64,000 nucleotides of DNA from positions 36,407 to 100,406 of the forward strand of contig JBHLKM010000017.1 of NCBI GenBank assembly GCA_048886685.1, written 5' to 3'. Below the pieces are notes generated by a model. The model did not search any database and had not been told where the DNA came from. It was given only the letters and a program-made list of their open reading frames with translations. Position 1 is the stretch's first letter, and each line of letters starts with the position of its first letter. Both the position numbers and the translations under genes were made by a program. Positions 40,470 to 51,234 of the stretch are shown in pieces. This DNA is from Candidatus Hodarchaeota archaeon. Its GTDB lineage: Archaea; Asgardarchaeota; Lokiarchaeia; Sigyniarchaeales; SOKP01.

Positions 40470-41819
40470 ATGAATGAAAACCTTGTTCCGAAAGATCTTC
40501 GAAAGAATTATTCAATTGAGGAGATCCTATCCATCGAAAAGCAATATATGATACCTGCAGTTACTCATTATTACCAAGAACCCATCCTTATTGTAGGTGG
40601 CGAGGGAGCAATAGTGAAAGATAACTCAGGGAAGCAGTATATCGATTTATTTTCTGGGATCTGCACTAAAATCACAGGTCATCATCACCCAAAATTTGTG
40701 TCAACACTGAAATGGCAAATTGATCAACTTACATATACTAGCACACTATATTCAACAGTTCCTTATGGTGTTCTCTCACAAAAATTGGCTCAAATTGCTC
40801 CATCTGGATTAACTCAGACATTTATTGTGAATAGTGGATCTGAAGCTAATGAATCCGCTTTATTCATGGCACGAAAATATAAAAATAATCCTTATATTGT
40901 AGCTTGTACTCATGCATATCATGGTCGTACTCAATTAGCTCGAGAGATATCCAGTGCTGGTTGGCGGACCGTACCTGAAGCTCATCCTCCTGGTGCCCGA
41001 TTTACTCCATATGGGTATTGTTATCGATGTCTGTTTGGAAAGAAATATCCTGAATGTGATACTGAGTGTGCTCGGTATCTTCGTGAAGTCATCAAGACTC
41101 AAACTAACAATGCTATCGCTGCTTTTATTGTCGAACCAATCCAAGGAGTGGGAGGTATAGTTCAACCTCCTCCAGAGTTTTTCCAGATCACCTATGAAAT
41201 TGTAAAAGAATATGATGGTATTTTTATTGCAGATGAGGTACAAACCGGTTTTGGACGCACTGGTAGTAATTGGTGGGGTATTCAAAACTCAAAGGTGAAT
41301 CCCGACATTATTACTCTCGCAAAAGGATTTGGGAGTGGAATACCTATCGCAGGATTTTTAACACGCCCAGAATATGCTGCAGATTATACTATTACAGATT
41401 CTTTCACTACTTTTGGAGGTAATCCTTTATCATGTGCAGCAGCAGTGGCCGTAATTGAAATAATCCAAGAAGAACAGTATCTTAGAAAAGCCATTAAACT
41501 TGGTGAAAATTTCAAGCGGCATCTACAAACATTGAAAGCTGATCACAAAATAGTTGGCGATGTGCGCGGACAAGGAATGATGTTAGGAATAGAACTCGTT
41601 TGTGACCAAGATTCAAAAGAACCTGCTACTCAAGAAATGCTTGATGTAATGGAGATTTGTCGTCAAAATGGACTTCTTATAGGTAAAGGTGGTATTGAGG
41701 GTAATGTTATAAGGATTCAACCCCCACTTGAATTAACTCTTGAGCAAGTTGAAAAATCATGTCAAATTCTTGATGTTGCCTTTACTGAGGTTGAGAATAC
41801 AATGAAGAAAAGAACATAG
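40470..41819 (+). CDS. Class III PLP aminotransferase (AGXT2/GABA-AT-like)
   Basis: NSGSEANE, YHGRT, EPIQGVGG, DEVQTGFGRTG, AKG, TFGGNP. Start moved to ATG 40470 because the upstream extension is AT-rich and non-homologous. Confidence 0.9.
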   Translation: MNENLVPKDLRKNYSIEEILSIEKQYMIPAVTHYYQEPILIVGGEGAIVKDNSGKQYIDLFSGICTKITGHHHPKFVSTLKWQIDQLTYTSTLYSTVPYGVLSQKLAQIAPSGLTQTFIVNSGSEANESALFMARKYKNNPYIVACTHAYHGRTQLAREISSAGWRTVPEAHPPGARFTPYGYCYRCLFGKKYPECDTECARYLREVIKTQTNNAIAAFIVEPIQGVGGIVQPPPEFFQITYEIVKEYDGIFIADEVQTGFGRTGSNWWGIQNSKVNPDIITLAKGFGSGIPIAGFLTRPEYAADYTITDSFTTFGGNPLSCAAAVAVIEIIQEEQYLRKAIKLGENFKRHLQTLKADHKIVGDVRGQGMMLGIELVCDQDSKEPATQEMLDVMEICRQNGLLIGKGGIEGNVIRIQPPLELTLEQVEKSCQILDVAFTEVENTMKKRT

Positions 41820-41877
41820 AAACCAGAACTTAAATAAACTAGAATTAAAATTCAAAATAAAAAAATTGTAAATAAAT

Positions 41878-42300
41878 TTATATCGGCTCAAAACCCAAAT
41901 CTACTCTTGTTTCTCCTCTAATTTCAGTTTCAATAAAAGTTGCTTTAACTGGCATTCCTATATTGATGGTATCAGGTTTGCTTTCATCAACTCCAATTAA
42001 CTGTCCACTGACCATTGGACCTTCATCTAATTTTATAACTGAAAAGCAATATGGCTTAGTTCTATCGTAACCTTTTTCAACAAAAAAAGGGGTCCCAACA
42101 GTAATACTCGTGAACGCCGCAATTTTTCCTTTTCCTGACATTTCAGACCATTCCATATTTATACTGTTACATTTAGTACACAATTTTCTCACTGGTACAT
42201 ATGTAGCACCACAATCTTTACACTTTGAACCCATTAGTTTCTTCTCAGATAAATAATCTATATAACTTTTAATAGTAAATTCTCTTTCACTCTCTGACAT
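41878..42300 (-). CDS. DUF35 Zn-ribbon/OB-fold thiolase partner
   Basis: CKDC..CTKC plus OB fold; directly downstream of thiolase. Confidence 0.9.
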   Translation of the reverse strand: MSESEREFTIKSYIDYLSEKKLMGSKCKDCGATYVPVRKLCTKCNSINMEWSEMSGKGKIAAFTSITVGTPFFVEKGYDRTKPYCFSVIKLDEGPMVSGQLIGVDESKPDTINIGMPVKATFIETEIRGETRVDLGFEPI

Positions 42301-42312
42301 TTTTTTCCACCT

Positions 42313-43572
42313 CTATTTTTCAAAAATAGTTACAACACATGTGGCTCCTGAACCACCTAAATTATGAGCTAACATACGCTCTATATCAAATTTCACCTGA
42401 CGATTCCTTTCAGCAATACCTCTCATTTGCTTAAAGACTTCTACACAAAATGCTGCACCAGTAGCACCTACAGGATGACCTTTACTCTTTAATCCGCCAC
42501 TTGTGTTAATTGGCAAAGAACCATCTCGTTTTGTTTCTCCATTTCTAATTGCCTCAACAGCCTTACCCTTTTCATAAAAACCTAAATCTTCTAAAGCAAC
42601 TATTTCAGCGATGGTAAAACAGTCGTGAACTTCTGCTACTTGAATATCTTTAGGTTTTAATCCCGACATCTCATAAGCTTGTCGTGCTGCCTCTTTTGAT
42701 GCAATAAAGCTGGTTAAATCTTCTCTATCATGCAAAGATAATGCTGCACTTCCTTGACCAGTGCCAGCAATCCAAATTGGGGTATCAGTATAATTTTTGG
42801 CAACATTCTCTGCGGCTAAAAATACACACGCGGCTCCATCTGTAATTAAACTACAATCAAATAACCTTAAAGGATAAGCTATCATTGGATTTGAGCTACT
42901 TTTAAGATAGTCAAACTCATCTTTCCAATCGGGAACATTACCTCCAGATTTCTCTATTTTGGTAATTTTACTGGCCATTAGATCAGAAATTGACCTTTGC
43001 ATTTGAGCATAAGGATTCTCTTTTCCATTTTCATGGTTTTTTATTGCTACTCTCATTAAATCTTCTACTGTAGTTCCGTATTTATGGAAATGAGCAGAGG
43101 CTAGAGTCGCATACAAGCCTGGGAAAGTGGCTCCCGCCGGATATTCAAATAAGCTGTCTGAAGCTGTAGCTAATACATCTGTTACATTCACAGTAGGTTG
43201 TTCTGTCATACATTCAACCCCGGATACAGCAATAACATCGTGTACTCCTGAAGCTATAGCTAAAATTGCTTGACGTAAGGCAATCCCACTACTAGCACAG
43301 GCACCCTCAAAACGACCTGCTGGTTTAGGGGTTAACCCAACTAAATTTGCCATTTGTGGTCCCAGATGTCCTTGGTGATTAAATAGATCTGAAGAATAAT
43401 TTCCTACATAACATGCGTCAACATCTTTTGGCTCAATTCCATTATCCACTCTGCTTACTGCATCTAACCATGCGTCAATCCATAAATCAGGGTTTCTTTT
43501 ATGAGGAAAATGAGCACCAAACGTACTCATTCCCGCACCTATCATTGCTACTCTTCTAGCTAATTTACCCAT
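42313..43572 (-). CDS. Thiolase (SCP-x/archaeal acetyl-CoA acyltransferase type)
   Basis: EGACASS, KNH, DCS.ITDGA, EVHDCFT, GGLKSKGHPVGATG, HNLGG. Confidence 0.93.
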   Translation of the reverse strand: MGKLARRVAMIGAGMSTFGAHFPHKRNPDLWIDAWLDAVSRVDNGIEPKDVDACYVGNYSSDLFNHQGHLGPQMANLVGLTPKPAGRFEGACASSGIALRQAILAIASGVHDVIAVSGVECMTEQPTVNVTDVLATASDSLFEYPAGATFPGLYATLASAHFHKYGTTVEDLMRVAIKNHENGKENPYAQMQRSISDLMASKITKIEKSGGNVPDWKDEFDYLKSSSNPMIAYPLRLFDCSLITDGAACVFLAAENVAKNYTDTPIWIAGTGQGSAALSLHDREDLTSFIASKEAARQAYEMSGLKPKDIQVAEVHDCFTIAEIVALEDLGFYEKGKAVEAIRNGETKRDGSLPINTSGGLKSKGHPVGATGAAFCVEVFKQMRGIAERNRQVKFDIERMLAHNLGGSGATCVVTIFEK

Positions 43573-43674
43573 AATTTCACCAATTTTTTTTACTTCAATT
43601 TTAATATTTTTAAATTCAAAGAATTGAATTATCGCAAAATTAAATTTGTTATTGTTTTATAAAAAAATCTTTAT

Positions 43675-44928
43675 TTAATCATGAAAATATTTGGATAAAT
43701 ACCAAATTTCAAAAAAGATTCCAATAGATGAAATAACTAATGGCGCTAAATAATGAACATTTTGAACCAGAAATCCACCAATATATCCAGTAGGGATGAA
43801 GCCTATACCTCTTATCATTCCAACAATACCATATGATTCAGCCTTTCTGGTTTCATCTAAATCGGTTAATGTCATCTGTTCAGACGGAATAAATGTACAA
43901 ACACTCATGGCAAAGGGAATATGACTGACAATTAAGGCGGGCAGTAAAAATGCAGTAAACCCACTATTCCAAATAAAATAAGCTAAGATATTAATTGTGA
44001 AAAATGATAGACCAAAGAATTGGCTTAAAATGAGGGATTTCTTTTTCCCGAATTTATCTGCCATATGTCCACCAGGAATTTGAAAGATCATATTTGAGGT
44101 ATTAAATACTATTGTTATCAAAGCAAGTTCTTCTCGTGAAATTTGATAAAAATCTTTCAAACCACCCCTATAAATTGATAAGCTAATGTTATAAATAAAT
44201 AAGTCCAAAGTTAAGAATATCAACACAGCTTTACTTTTAGGATTTTTAATAATTTTGAACCAAATCCCTTGTTCTGAATCGAATGGTTCTATTAGTTTTG
44301 ATTCTGGATCGTTAGTAAATCGAAATTTTTCTGATAAGAATATCAAATTAATCAATCCTTTAGTTATTAATAATCCTATATTTATTAAGAAGAAAAACTG
44401 CGTGTTAAAAGCTCCGCCAAATAGTACAAATGTAGATCCAATTATAGTTCCTCCAAAAAAAGAAAATAATATAAAGCCATACATCAAACCCTTCGATTTA
44501 TTACTATTTTCGGAAACTAAAATCCAACTACTAGAAGCTTCTAGTACACCTCCAAAGAAAAACAAAACAATTCCGATAATAAGAAATGTTAAGGTATTTG
44601 AATTTGAAAGAATGAGAAAAAGTAATCCTAAAACATAAAGCGGGATAGCACTTAACATTAATTTCTTCCGTCCAAATCTGTCTGATAATTTTCCAACAAA
44701 ATGCATTGGTAAAAATTGTACAGCGAAACCAATCGTTACTAAAATACCAGTGATAAGTATAGAATTTGTAAGGTCCAAAATAAATGGTTGATAGACTACG
44801 TTAAATATACCAGCACCCAATCCACCAATTAAGTTGATGAAGAATAGTGCTTGCAAATTATTGCGTTTTATTTTATCAATTTCCACCAAGCTTATATGTT
44901 TACTCATAGTTTGAGATTCTTTTATCAA
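43675..44928 (-). CDS. MFS transporter
   Basis: About 12 TMs; motif A in both halves (GKLSDRFGRK, GHMADKFGKK). Confidence 0.9.
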   Translation of the reverse strand: MIKESQTMSKHISLVEIDKIKRNNLQALFFINLIGGLGAGIFNVVYQPFILDLTNSILITGILVTIGFAVQFLPMHFVGKLSDRFGRKKLMLSAIPLYVLGLLFLILSNSNTLTFLIIGIVLFFFGGVLEASSSWILVSENSNKSKGLMYGFILFSFFGGTIIGSTFVLFGGAFNTQFFFLINIGLLITKGLINLIFLSEKFRFTNDPESKLIEPFDSEQGIWFKIIKNPKSKAVLIFLTLDLFIYNISLSIYRGGLKDFYQISREELALITIVFNTSNMIFQIPGGHMADKFGKKKSLILSQFFGLSFFTINILAYFIWNSGFTAFLLPALIVSHIPFAMSVCTFIPSEQMTLTDLDETRKAESYGIVGMIRGIGFIPTGYIGGFLVQNVHYLAPLVISSIGIFFEIWYLSKYFHD

Positions 44929-45049
44929 TTTTTTATAATTTTAATTATACTAGATAACCATGTTTAGCATAGTAACGAGAAATGTTACAATTCATATGAG
45001 TTTTTTGACCAATATTCCCTCTTCTTTATTTTTGTCTATTTTATGATAT

Positions 45050-46318
45050 TTAATCCGGAAAATTTTTTGATAAGAACCATAACATGAAGATGATCCCCAT
45101 TATTCCAAATATAAAAGGGGTGATATAATGCACGTTCTGGATCAATAATCCTGTGATTGCTCCCGTAGGTATTATCCCTATTCCTCTAATAAATGAAACT
45201 ATCCCTAAAGCTTCTGCACTCCTGCTCTCTTCTAAAGTTGTCAGACTTATGCCTTCTGATGGTATAAATGTAGTATTATACGCCGCCTTAAGAATTTGTC
45301 CTATAATTAATAACGGAAGTAATGAACCTTTAAGGCCACTTGACCATAAAAAGAATGTTATAATACATAAGAAGGATAATGTTAAACCAAATGATTCACA
45401 TAAAATTAAAGTATTTCGCTTTCCAAATTTATCAGTGAGACGGCCTGCGGGCATTTGGAACAACAACGTACTAATATTACTGCAAAGAGATAAGAGTGCG
45501 ATATCTTGCGGAGTGATGTGGTATTGATCGATCAAACCTGCATTATAAATCGAGAAAGAAATATTAAGAATGAAAGCTTCCAAAGTGAAAAAAATGACAA
45601 TTGCTCTTAATTCGGGTGTTGTAATTATTTTCAGCCAAATTCCTTTTTCAGTCTTAGAAGATTTATTTGGATTTATAGAAAGATTAGATTTTCTTGGAAT
45701 AGGATCAGAAACAAAAATCGCAAAGAAAATCTGATTAACAACGAGAACAATGATAAAAATGAAGAAATAGAAGCTAGCATCAAACCGCGAATCAACCAAT
45801 ACAAAGTAACTACCAATGATATTTCCCCCAAATAGCAAAAAAGTCAAGATTCCAAAATTAAAACCTTTTTTCACTTCTTTACTATTTTCCGATACAAATA
45901 CCTGGTAAATTGAAAAGGTTATCGCCCACCCAAAGTTAAGACTTAAAACACCCGTTATGAGAATAAAAAGATTATCCGCAACAATGAAAAGAAATAATCC
46001 AAGAACCATGAAAGGTGTATCAAAATACCACACTAATTTTCGTCCATATCGGTCCGATAACCGTCCTAACCAAGGCATAGGTAAAAATTGTACTATACTC
46101 CCTAATGTGATTATAACTCCTGTTATAAAAATAGAACCTGTGAATTCATATAGAAAAGGCATATAAACGATAAAGAACAAGGTTTGACCTATTCCATAGA
46201 GAAGTAAATTGAATGACATAGTGTAGAAATTTCTACGTTTAATTGATTCAAAATCTCTTGGATTTCTATATCTTTTCATGATTTTCACATTATTCACTCT
46301 ATTTTTTTTTATTATCAT
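45050..46318 (-). CDS. MFS transporter (tandem paralog of the downstream gene)
   Basis: GRLSDRYGRK, GRLTDKFGKR; colinear with 43675-44928 (VSENS, GIW.KII, FIPSE, QNVHY). Confidence 0.9.
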   Translation of the reverse strand: MIIKKNRVNNVKIMKRYRNPRDFESIKRRNFYTMSFNLLLYGIGQTLFFIVYMPFLYEFTGSIFITGVIITLGSIVQFLPMPWLGRLSDRYGRKLVWYFDTPFMVLGLFLFIVADNLFILITGVLSLNFGWAITFSIYQVFVSENSKEVKKGFNFGILTFLLFGGNIIGSYFVLVDSRFDASFYFFIFIIVLVVNQIFFAIFVSDPIPRKSNLSINPNKSSKTEKGIWLKIITTPELRAIVIFFTLEAFILNISFSIYNAGLIDQYHITPQDIALLSLCSNISTLLFQMPAGRLTDKFGKRNTLILCESFGLTLSFLCIITFFLWSSGLKGSLLPLLIIGQILKAAYNTTFIPSEGISLTTLEESRSAEALGIVSFIRGIGIIPTGAITGLLIQNVHYITPFIFGIMGIIFMLWFLSKNFPD

Positions 46319-46924
46319 GATTGGTTGAACTATTTCTTAAATTATTTCTTGATCTATCTTGATTATTTAATCTACTTAATCTAAATTGAACTAATGGAGC
46401 CCACCTACTCTGGCTATATCAATTGAATTTCATATTCCTGTGCTTCTTAAAATGAAGCTTATTACGAATTATCATATATTTTTGAAGTAAGTCAATGTAA
46501 GGTAGGTTAGATAAAGTTCATAGCAATATTCTATAATTTTGATAGCTAAGACTAGTACTTAGAAAAAAAGTTTAATTCAAAAATGATAATCGCTATAAAC
46601 TTAATCCATTTTTTATCACTATACATATTAGTACATAATAAATATTTAAATATTTGGGTTTGATAGGGGTTGTAAGAGTTAGAGAGAAATATTCCCGAAA
46701 AAAAACCAAATATTAAAATTATGAGCCAAAAGCCCTCACGGTTTTTTATTTAAGTAAACAATTTTTAAATGAATTTTAAAAAAGTAAAAAAATAATTTAA
46801 ACTTGATTAAATTTAGATTAAAATTAATTATCTTATCTTGAAGTAAAAAGTAAAAGATCTTAATAAATTAAAAAAATTATATCATAGATTAAACTCTACA
46901 ATTTCTAATAAGGTAATTTTCTGT

Positions 46925-48031
46925 TTGAATGGCGAAGTAATTTTCTACCGGTTAACGGATGTGGGACGTAGCATCGATTTGAAAAGAATAACAAATGTTA
47001 TTCCTGCAATTCAAGATAAAAAAATTATTAAAACTAAAGATACTCCTTCATATGTGGATTTTCCAGATCCCTTACTTTTAGAAGTTACTCAAGTCATATC
47101 TTCTGAATTAAAAAATGTTGAAAAGGTAACTTTGCATATTAAATTATATTCAGATGGTGTGATTTCTTTAATCGCCAGACTCATTTTTCGAGATTTCTCG
47201 TTTAAAGAATTACACACCTTAAGGACAATTAAATTTAAAACTATTGATGGTGAATTTCAAATAAACAATTTTTTAAAATATCATCACGATAAAGTATTTA
47301 AACAAATAAGAGATTGCATTAGTGAAGAAGGTATTAGCGAATCTGAACATGAAAAATACACATTATACTGCTTAACTGATGAATTTAAGAACCCTAAAGA
47401 ATTTATTGAGAATGAGAGAAGTTATATTTCAGCTCTTCTTATGGGAGAAAATCCTAAACTAAACCTTAGTAATGATCAAATTAATAAAATACTTAGAAAA
47501 TCTTTTTCATTTTTGAAAAATGATTTGACAATATTTGATTTTGAAAGAGGATTAATAATTGATCCTAATTATGATTATGAAGATATTTTACTTGTTGTTG
47601 AGATTGCTAATTACCAATTGCTTGAATTGCGTACTTTAGATAAATTATTAGATAGAAGATTAACAGTAGCAGAAGAAGATATACGTAAAATTTATTTTAA
47701 AAGTCGAAGTTTATTTAGAAGATTTAAAAGAAAAGTTGGGCGGTTAATTCGATTAAGGTATGATTTGTTATTTTTGTTAGAGAATATTGAAAATGTTTCA
47801 AAATTATTTGGAGATTATTATTTAGCTGAAATATATACATATTTAGCAGAATTATTTCAATTAAAACAATGGAGTACTAGCATAAGACACCGGCTTGAAA
47901 CAATAGAAGATATTTATAATGTCACACAAACGAATATCAATGAAAAATTCCTACTTTATGTTGAAATTCTACTTAGTTTTATTTTTTTCATGGAATTTAT
48001 ACTTCTATTGTTTGATTTCTTTTTGAAATAA
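46925..48031 (+). CDS. RMD1/DUF155-like protein with C-terminal TM
   Basis: E.AN.QLLELR.LD, ..GDYYLA.IY, W...I..RL..I..IY, LYVEI + hydrophobic end. Confidence 0.6.
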   Translation: MNGEVIFYRLTDVGRSIDLKRITNVIPAIQDKKIIKTKDTPSYVDFPDPLLLEVTQVISSELKNVEKVTLHIKLYSDGVISLIARLIFRDFSFKELHTLRTIKFKTIDGEFQINNFLKYHHDKVFKQIRDCISEEGISESEHEKYTLYCLTDEFKNPKEFIENERSYISALLMGENPKLNLSNDQINKILRKSFSFLKNDLTIFDFERGLIIDPNYDYEDILLVVEIANYQLLELRTLDKLLDRRLTVAEEDIRKIYFKSRSLFRRFKRKVGRLIRLRYDLLFLLENIENVSKLFGDYYLAEIYTYLAELFQLKQWSTSIRHRLETIEDIYNVTQTNINEKFLLYVEILLSFIFFMEFILLLFDFFLK

Positions 48032-48055
48032 CTATTCCTATATTTGCGACTCAAC

Positions 48056-49267
48056 TTACAAGAAAATATTGGGTGCCGGAGAATCCTCTATTTTGTTTGA
48101 CATAATTTTATCAATCGCCATAATAAAATCGTCATGCGAAATAATTTCAGAATTTCTTCTAATAGCATACATTCCTGCTTCAGTACAAATACCCTTAATA
48201 TCTGAACCCATTGCACCTTTAGCAAGAGCAGTTAAAGTTTTTATTTCAACATTCTCTTCAATATGTAGATTTCTCATATGAACTCTGAAGATTTCTTCTC
48301 TTGCTTTTTCATCAGGTAAAGGAAATTCAACAATTCTATCAAATCTACCTGGTCTTAACAATGCAGGATCTAAGATATCAAATCTATTCGTTGCCGCGAT
48401 GAATTTTATATTGCCCCGTTGATCAAATCCATCTAACTCACTTAATAGCTGCATTAATGTTCTATTAACTTCTCTATCTCCTGAAGTAGCATCCTCCATT
48501 CTTATAGAGCCTATTGCATCTAACTCATCAATAAATAAAATAGTAGGAGCTTTTTCTCTTGCTAGTTTGAAAATTTCTCTTACAAATTGAGCCCCTTCAC
48601 CGATGAATTTATGAACCAATTCAGTCCCTACTACTTTCATAAAGGTAGCATTTGTTTCATGAGCAACAGCTTTCGCTAACAAAGTTTTACCTGTTCCAGG
48701 AAAGCCATGAAAAAGAACTCCTTTAGGGGGATCAATCCCTATTTTTTTAAATAATTCAGGTTTCATTAAAGGTAATTCTATGATCTCTCTTACTTCTTGA
48801 ATTTGGTTATCCAATCCTCCAACATCATTATAAGAAACATCGATTGGAGGATCTATTACCTCCATTCCTTTTATGAATGGATCAATTTCTGTTGGTAAAA
48901 TTTCCATTATAGCAAAATTTCTTTGGTTTAATGCGACACTCAAACCAGGAATTAATTTCTCATTTTGGAGTCTACTACTAACACTCACAACATAACTGGC
49001 ATTTGGGGGGCTATTTACAATAGCACGCCTATTTTTATCATCTAGAACATCAATTATATTACCTGTGATTAAAGGTAATTCCCCCAATCGCTCAATTTCT
49101 GCTTTAAGACTATTTATATCATAATCTAACTTTGATAATTCAGATTTTAATAAATTTACCTCGGTATCATAATCTCTAATTTTCTTCTCAAGATATTGAA
49201 TATATAAAGAAATTTTTTCGTTATTCTCTGGTTTCCTGAAATTATTGTTAATTTCCGTTAATCCCAT
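48056..49267 (-). CDS. pan: Proteasome-activating nucleotidase (PAN) family AAA+ ATPase
   Basis: N-terminal coiled coil, OB domain, YNDVGGL, GIDPPKGVL, GFPGTGKT, FIDELD, ATNR, DPALLRPGRFDR. Confidence 0.92.
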   Translation of the reverse strand: MGLTEINNNFRKPENNEKISLYIQYLEKKIRDYDTEVNLLKSELSKLDYDINSLKAEIERLGELPLITGNIIDVLDDKNRRAIVNSPPNASYVVSVSSRLQNEKLIPGLSVALNQRNFAIMEILPTEIDPFIKGMEVIDPPIDVSYNDVGGLDNQIQEVREIIELPLMKPELFKKIGIDPPKGVLFHGFPGTGKTLLAKAVAHETNATFMKVVGTELVHKFIGEGAQFVREIFKLAREKAPTILFIDELDAIGSIRMEDATSGDREVNRTLMQLLSELDGFDQRGNIKFIAATNRFDILDPALLRPGRFDRIVEFPLPDEKAREEIFRVHMRNLHIEENVEIKTLTALAKGAMGSDIKGICTEAGMYAIRRNSEIISHDDFIMAIDKIMSNKIEDSPAPNIFL

Positions 49268-49299
49268 TTTCTTTTACAAATCTCCTATTTTAATTAAAG

Positions 49300-51234
49300 T
49301 CAATTTAATCCAATTCTTTTTTCTGCTCCTTCTAAAATTTTTTTTAACATCTCTTTATATGAAATATCGGCAAATTTACACATCTTTGCGAGGTGCCCAT
49401 CCCAACACCATCCAGGATTTGGATTGATTTCCAAAAGTTTTGGATTTCCTTCTTTATCTAAACGCCAATCAAATCGAGCATAATCTTGGCATTCCAAACG
49501 TTCGAATAAACGAAGTGAACAATTTTCTATAAAATCAACAATATCATGAGGAAGATTTGCAGGGACTGATTTAATATTCCAATAAGGGGAATCAGGTAAC
49601 CATTTAGCTTCATACCCACAAATTTTTGGTAATTCCGGAGGTAAATTAGAGTAATCTTCTTCTATTATAGGAAGGATAATGTAATTATCGGGGGGATTTC
49701 CAATAATCCCTATAGTTAAATCTTTACCTGTAAGAAATTGCTCGATTAATATAGGTTTATCATAACCGAATTTATTGCGAATTTCGGTGATAGCACTTAA
49801 TAGTTCCTCCCCATTATGAACTACAGATTTCTGAGTAATCCCGAAACTTGAATCCCCAAAATTAGGTTTTACAATTGCAGGAAAATATAGCGGTAAATCT
49901 ATAATTTTATCATCAGGTTTTATGTAAATAGCTTCAGGAACAGGTATTTGTAGTTCTTTTGCTATACCTCTGACTAAAGACTTATCATAACAAAAGGCAA
50001 GACATTGAGGTCCAGAACCTGTATATGGAATTCTAAGAATTTCTAATATTGCTGGTATATGTAATTCCTTTCTAGCATCATTAAAATAACCTTCATCACA
50101 CAGATTGAAAACATAATTTAATTTATCTTTTAAATCTTGTAAATCTGGGATTAACTTATTATGGTTATTCAAATATGTAAATTTATAACCTTCCAACTCG
50201 TTTAATGCAACCTTTAATTGATCTATTGTATAAAGATCATCCTCATCAAAGACATTTGAAGGCTTAAGCATATCTGGTTTATTAGGGTCTCCAAATATAA
50301 CTACAACCTTTAGATCTGTTGTTTTTGCCTTTTTTTTGAATTCTGACCACTCCTTCTTGACTAGCCCACTAACTATAATTCTTTTTTCCATCATACCTAA
50401 ATCTTGATCTCTCTGGGATTCAGGAGTTATCGTCCCGTGAAATGTTATATCACTAAAACCAACTTTCTTTAAAACTTCAGAAATTTTTTCATTTGAATAT
50501 AATCTTTCAGCATAGAACTGATCCACTAAAACTCCTTTATTCACATGGGTAATTACCTCACGGGAGATTAATCTTTGATTATCTAGAGATAATGATCTTT
50601 CACGACAAACGAAAAGATCTTGATCAAGCCATTCCCATGAGCGTGGTTGAAAATTATTTTTTAAATAATCTCCATCAGTAACATCAATTATAACTTTCCC
50701 CCAAGGTTTTAGAACTCGATATATTTCTTTAAGAACCTGCACATCATCATTTATCGATTCAAAATATCCAAAACTGTTGCCCAAAATCATTACATAATCA
50801 AAAAAATCTGAATTATAAGGTAATTTTCGAGCATCTCCTTCTCGAAATCTACAGAAGATCCCATTTTTTTTGGCGTTTAATTTAGCTTTTTGAATTAGAT
50901 ATCGCGATCGATCTAAACCATAAATATTTTCAAATCCTCTTCTACCTAATTCAATAGAATGCCTTCCTTGACCACAACAAAGATCTAGAATATAATGTTC
51001 TGGTTTAAAATTCAGAACTTCTGAAAATAAGTCCACTTCAAATTTAGTTATTTTTTGATCTTCAACTACATCACCATCGGTTTTTAAGTAAAAAGAATTA
51101 AAAATTCTTTTCCACCAATCTTTCTTTACATATTCTTCTAAGTTAAGAACTGGTCCTAAACAGATGGTGCTATTTCTTTCGTTCTTTTCAAAATTTCGAT
51201 TTTTACTAAGTTTTTTCTCTGTTTGGCTCATCAT
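49300..51234 (-). CDS. SAM methyltransferase fused to a D-Ala-D-Ala-ligase-like ATP-grasp domain
   Basis: LDLCCGQGRH, GDAR, GNSFGYF in the N-terminal half; PYTGS, DK, VKP..GDSSFG, EQFL.G, YARFDWR, LLEINPNPG in the C-terminal half. Confidence 0.9.
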   Translation of the reverse strand: MMSQTEKKLSKNRNFEKNERNSTICLGPVLNLEEYVKKDWWKRIFNSFYLKTDGDVVEDQKITKFEVDLFSEVLNFKPEHYILDLCCGQGRHSIELGRRGFENIYGLDRSRYLIQKAKLNAKKNGIFCRFREGDARKLPYNSDFFDYVMILGNSFGYFESINDDVQVLKEIYRVLKPWGKVIIDVTDGDYLKNNFQPRSWEWLDQDLFVCRERSLSLDNQRLISREVITHVNKGVLVDQFYAERLYSNEKISEVLKKVGFSDITFHGTITPESQRDQDLGMMEKRIIVSGLVKKEWSEFKKKAKTTDLKVVVIFGDPNKPDMLKPSNVFDEDDLYTIDQLKVALNELEGYKFTYLNNHNKLIPDLQDLKDKLNYVFNLCDEGYFNDARKELHIPAILEILRIPYTGSGPQCLAFCYDKSLVRGIAKELQIPVPEAIYIKPDDKIIDLPLYFPAIVKPNFGDSSFGITQKSVVHNGEELLSAITEIRNKFGYDKPILIEQFLTGKDLTIGIIGNPPDNYIILPIIEEDYSNLPPELPKICGYEAKWLPDSPYWNIKSVPANLPHDIVDFIENCSLRLFERLECQDYARFDWRLDKEGNPKLLEINPNPGWCWDGHLAKMCKFADISYKEMLKKILEGAEKRIGLN

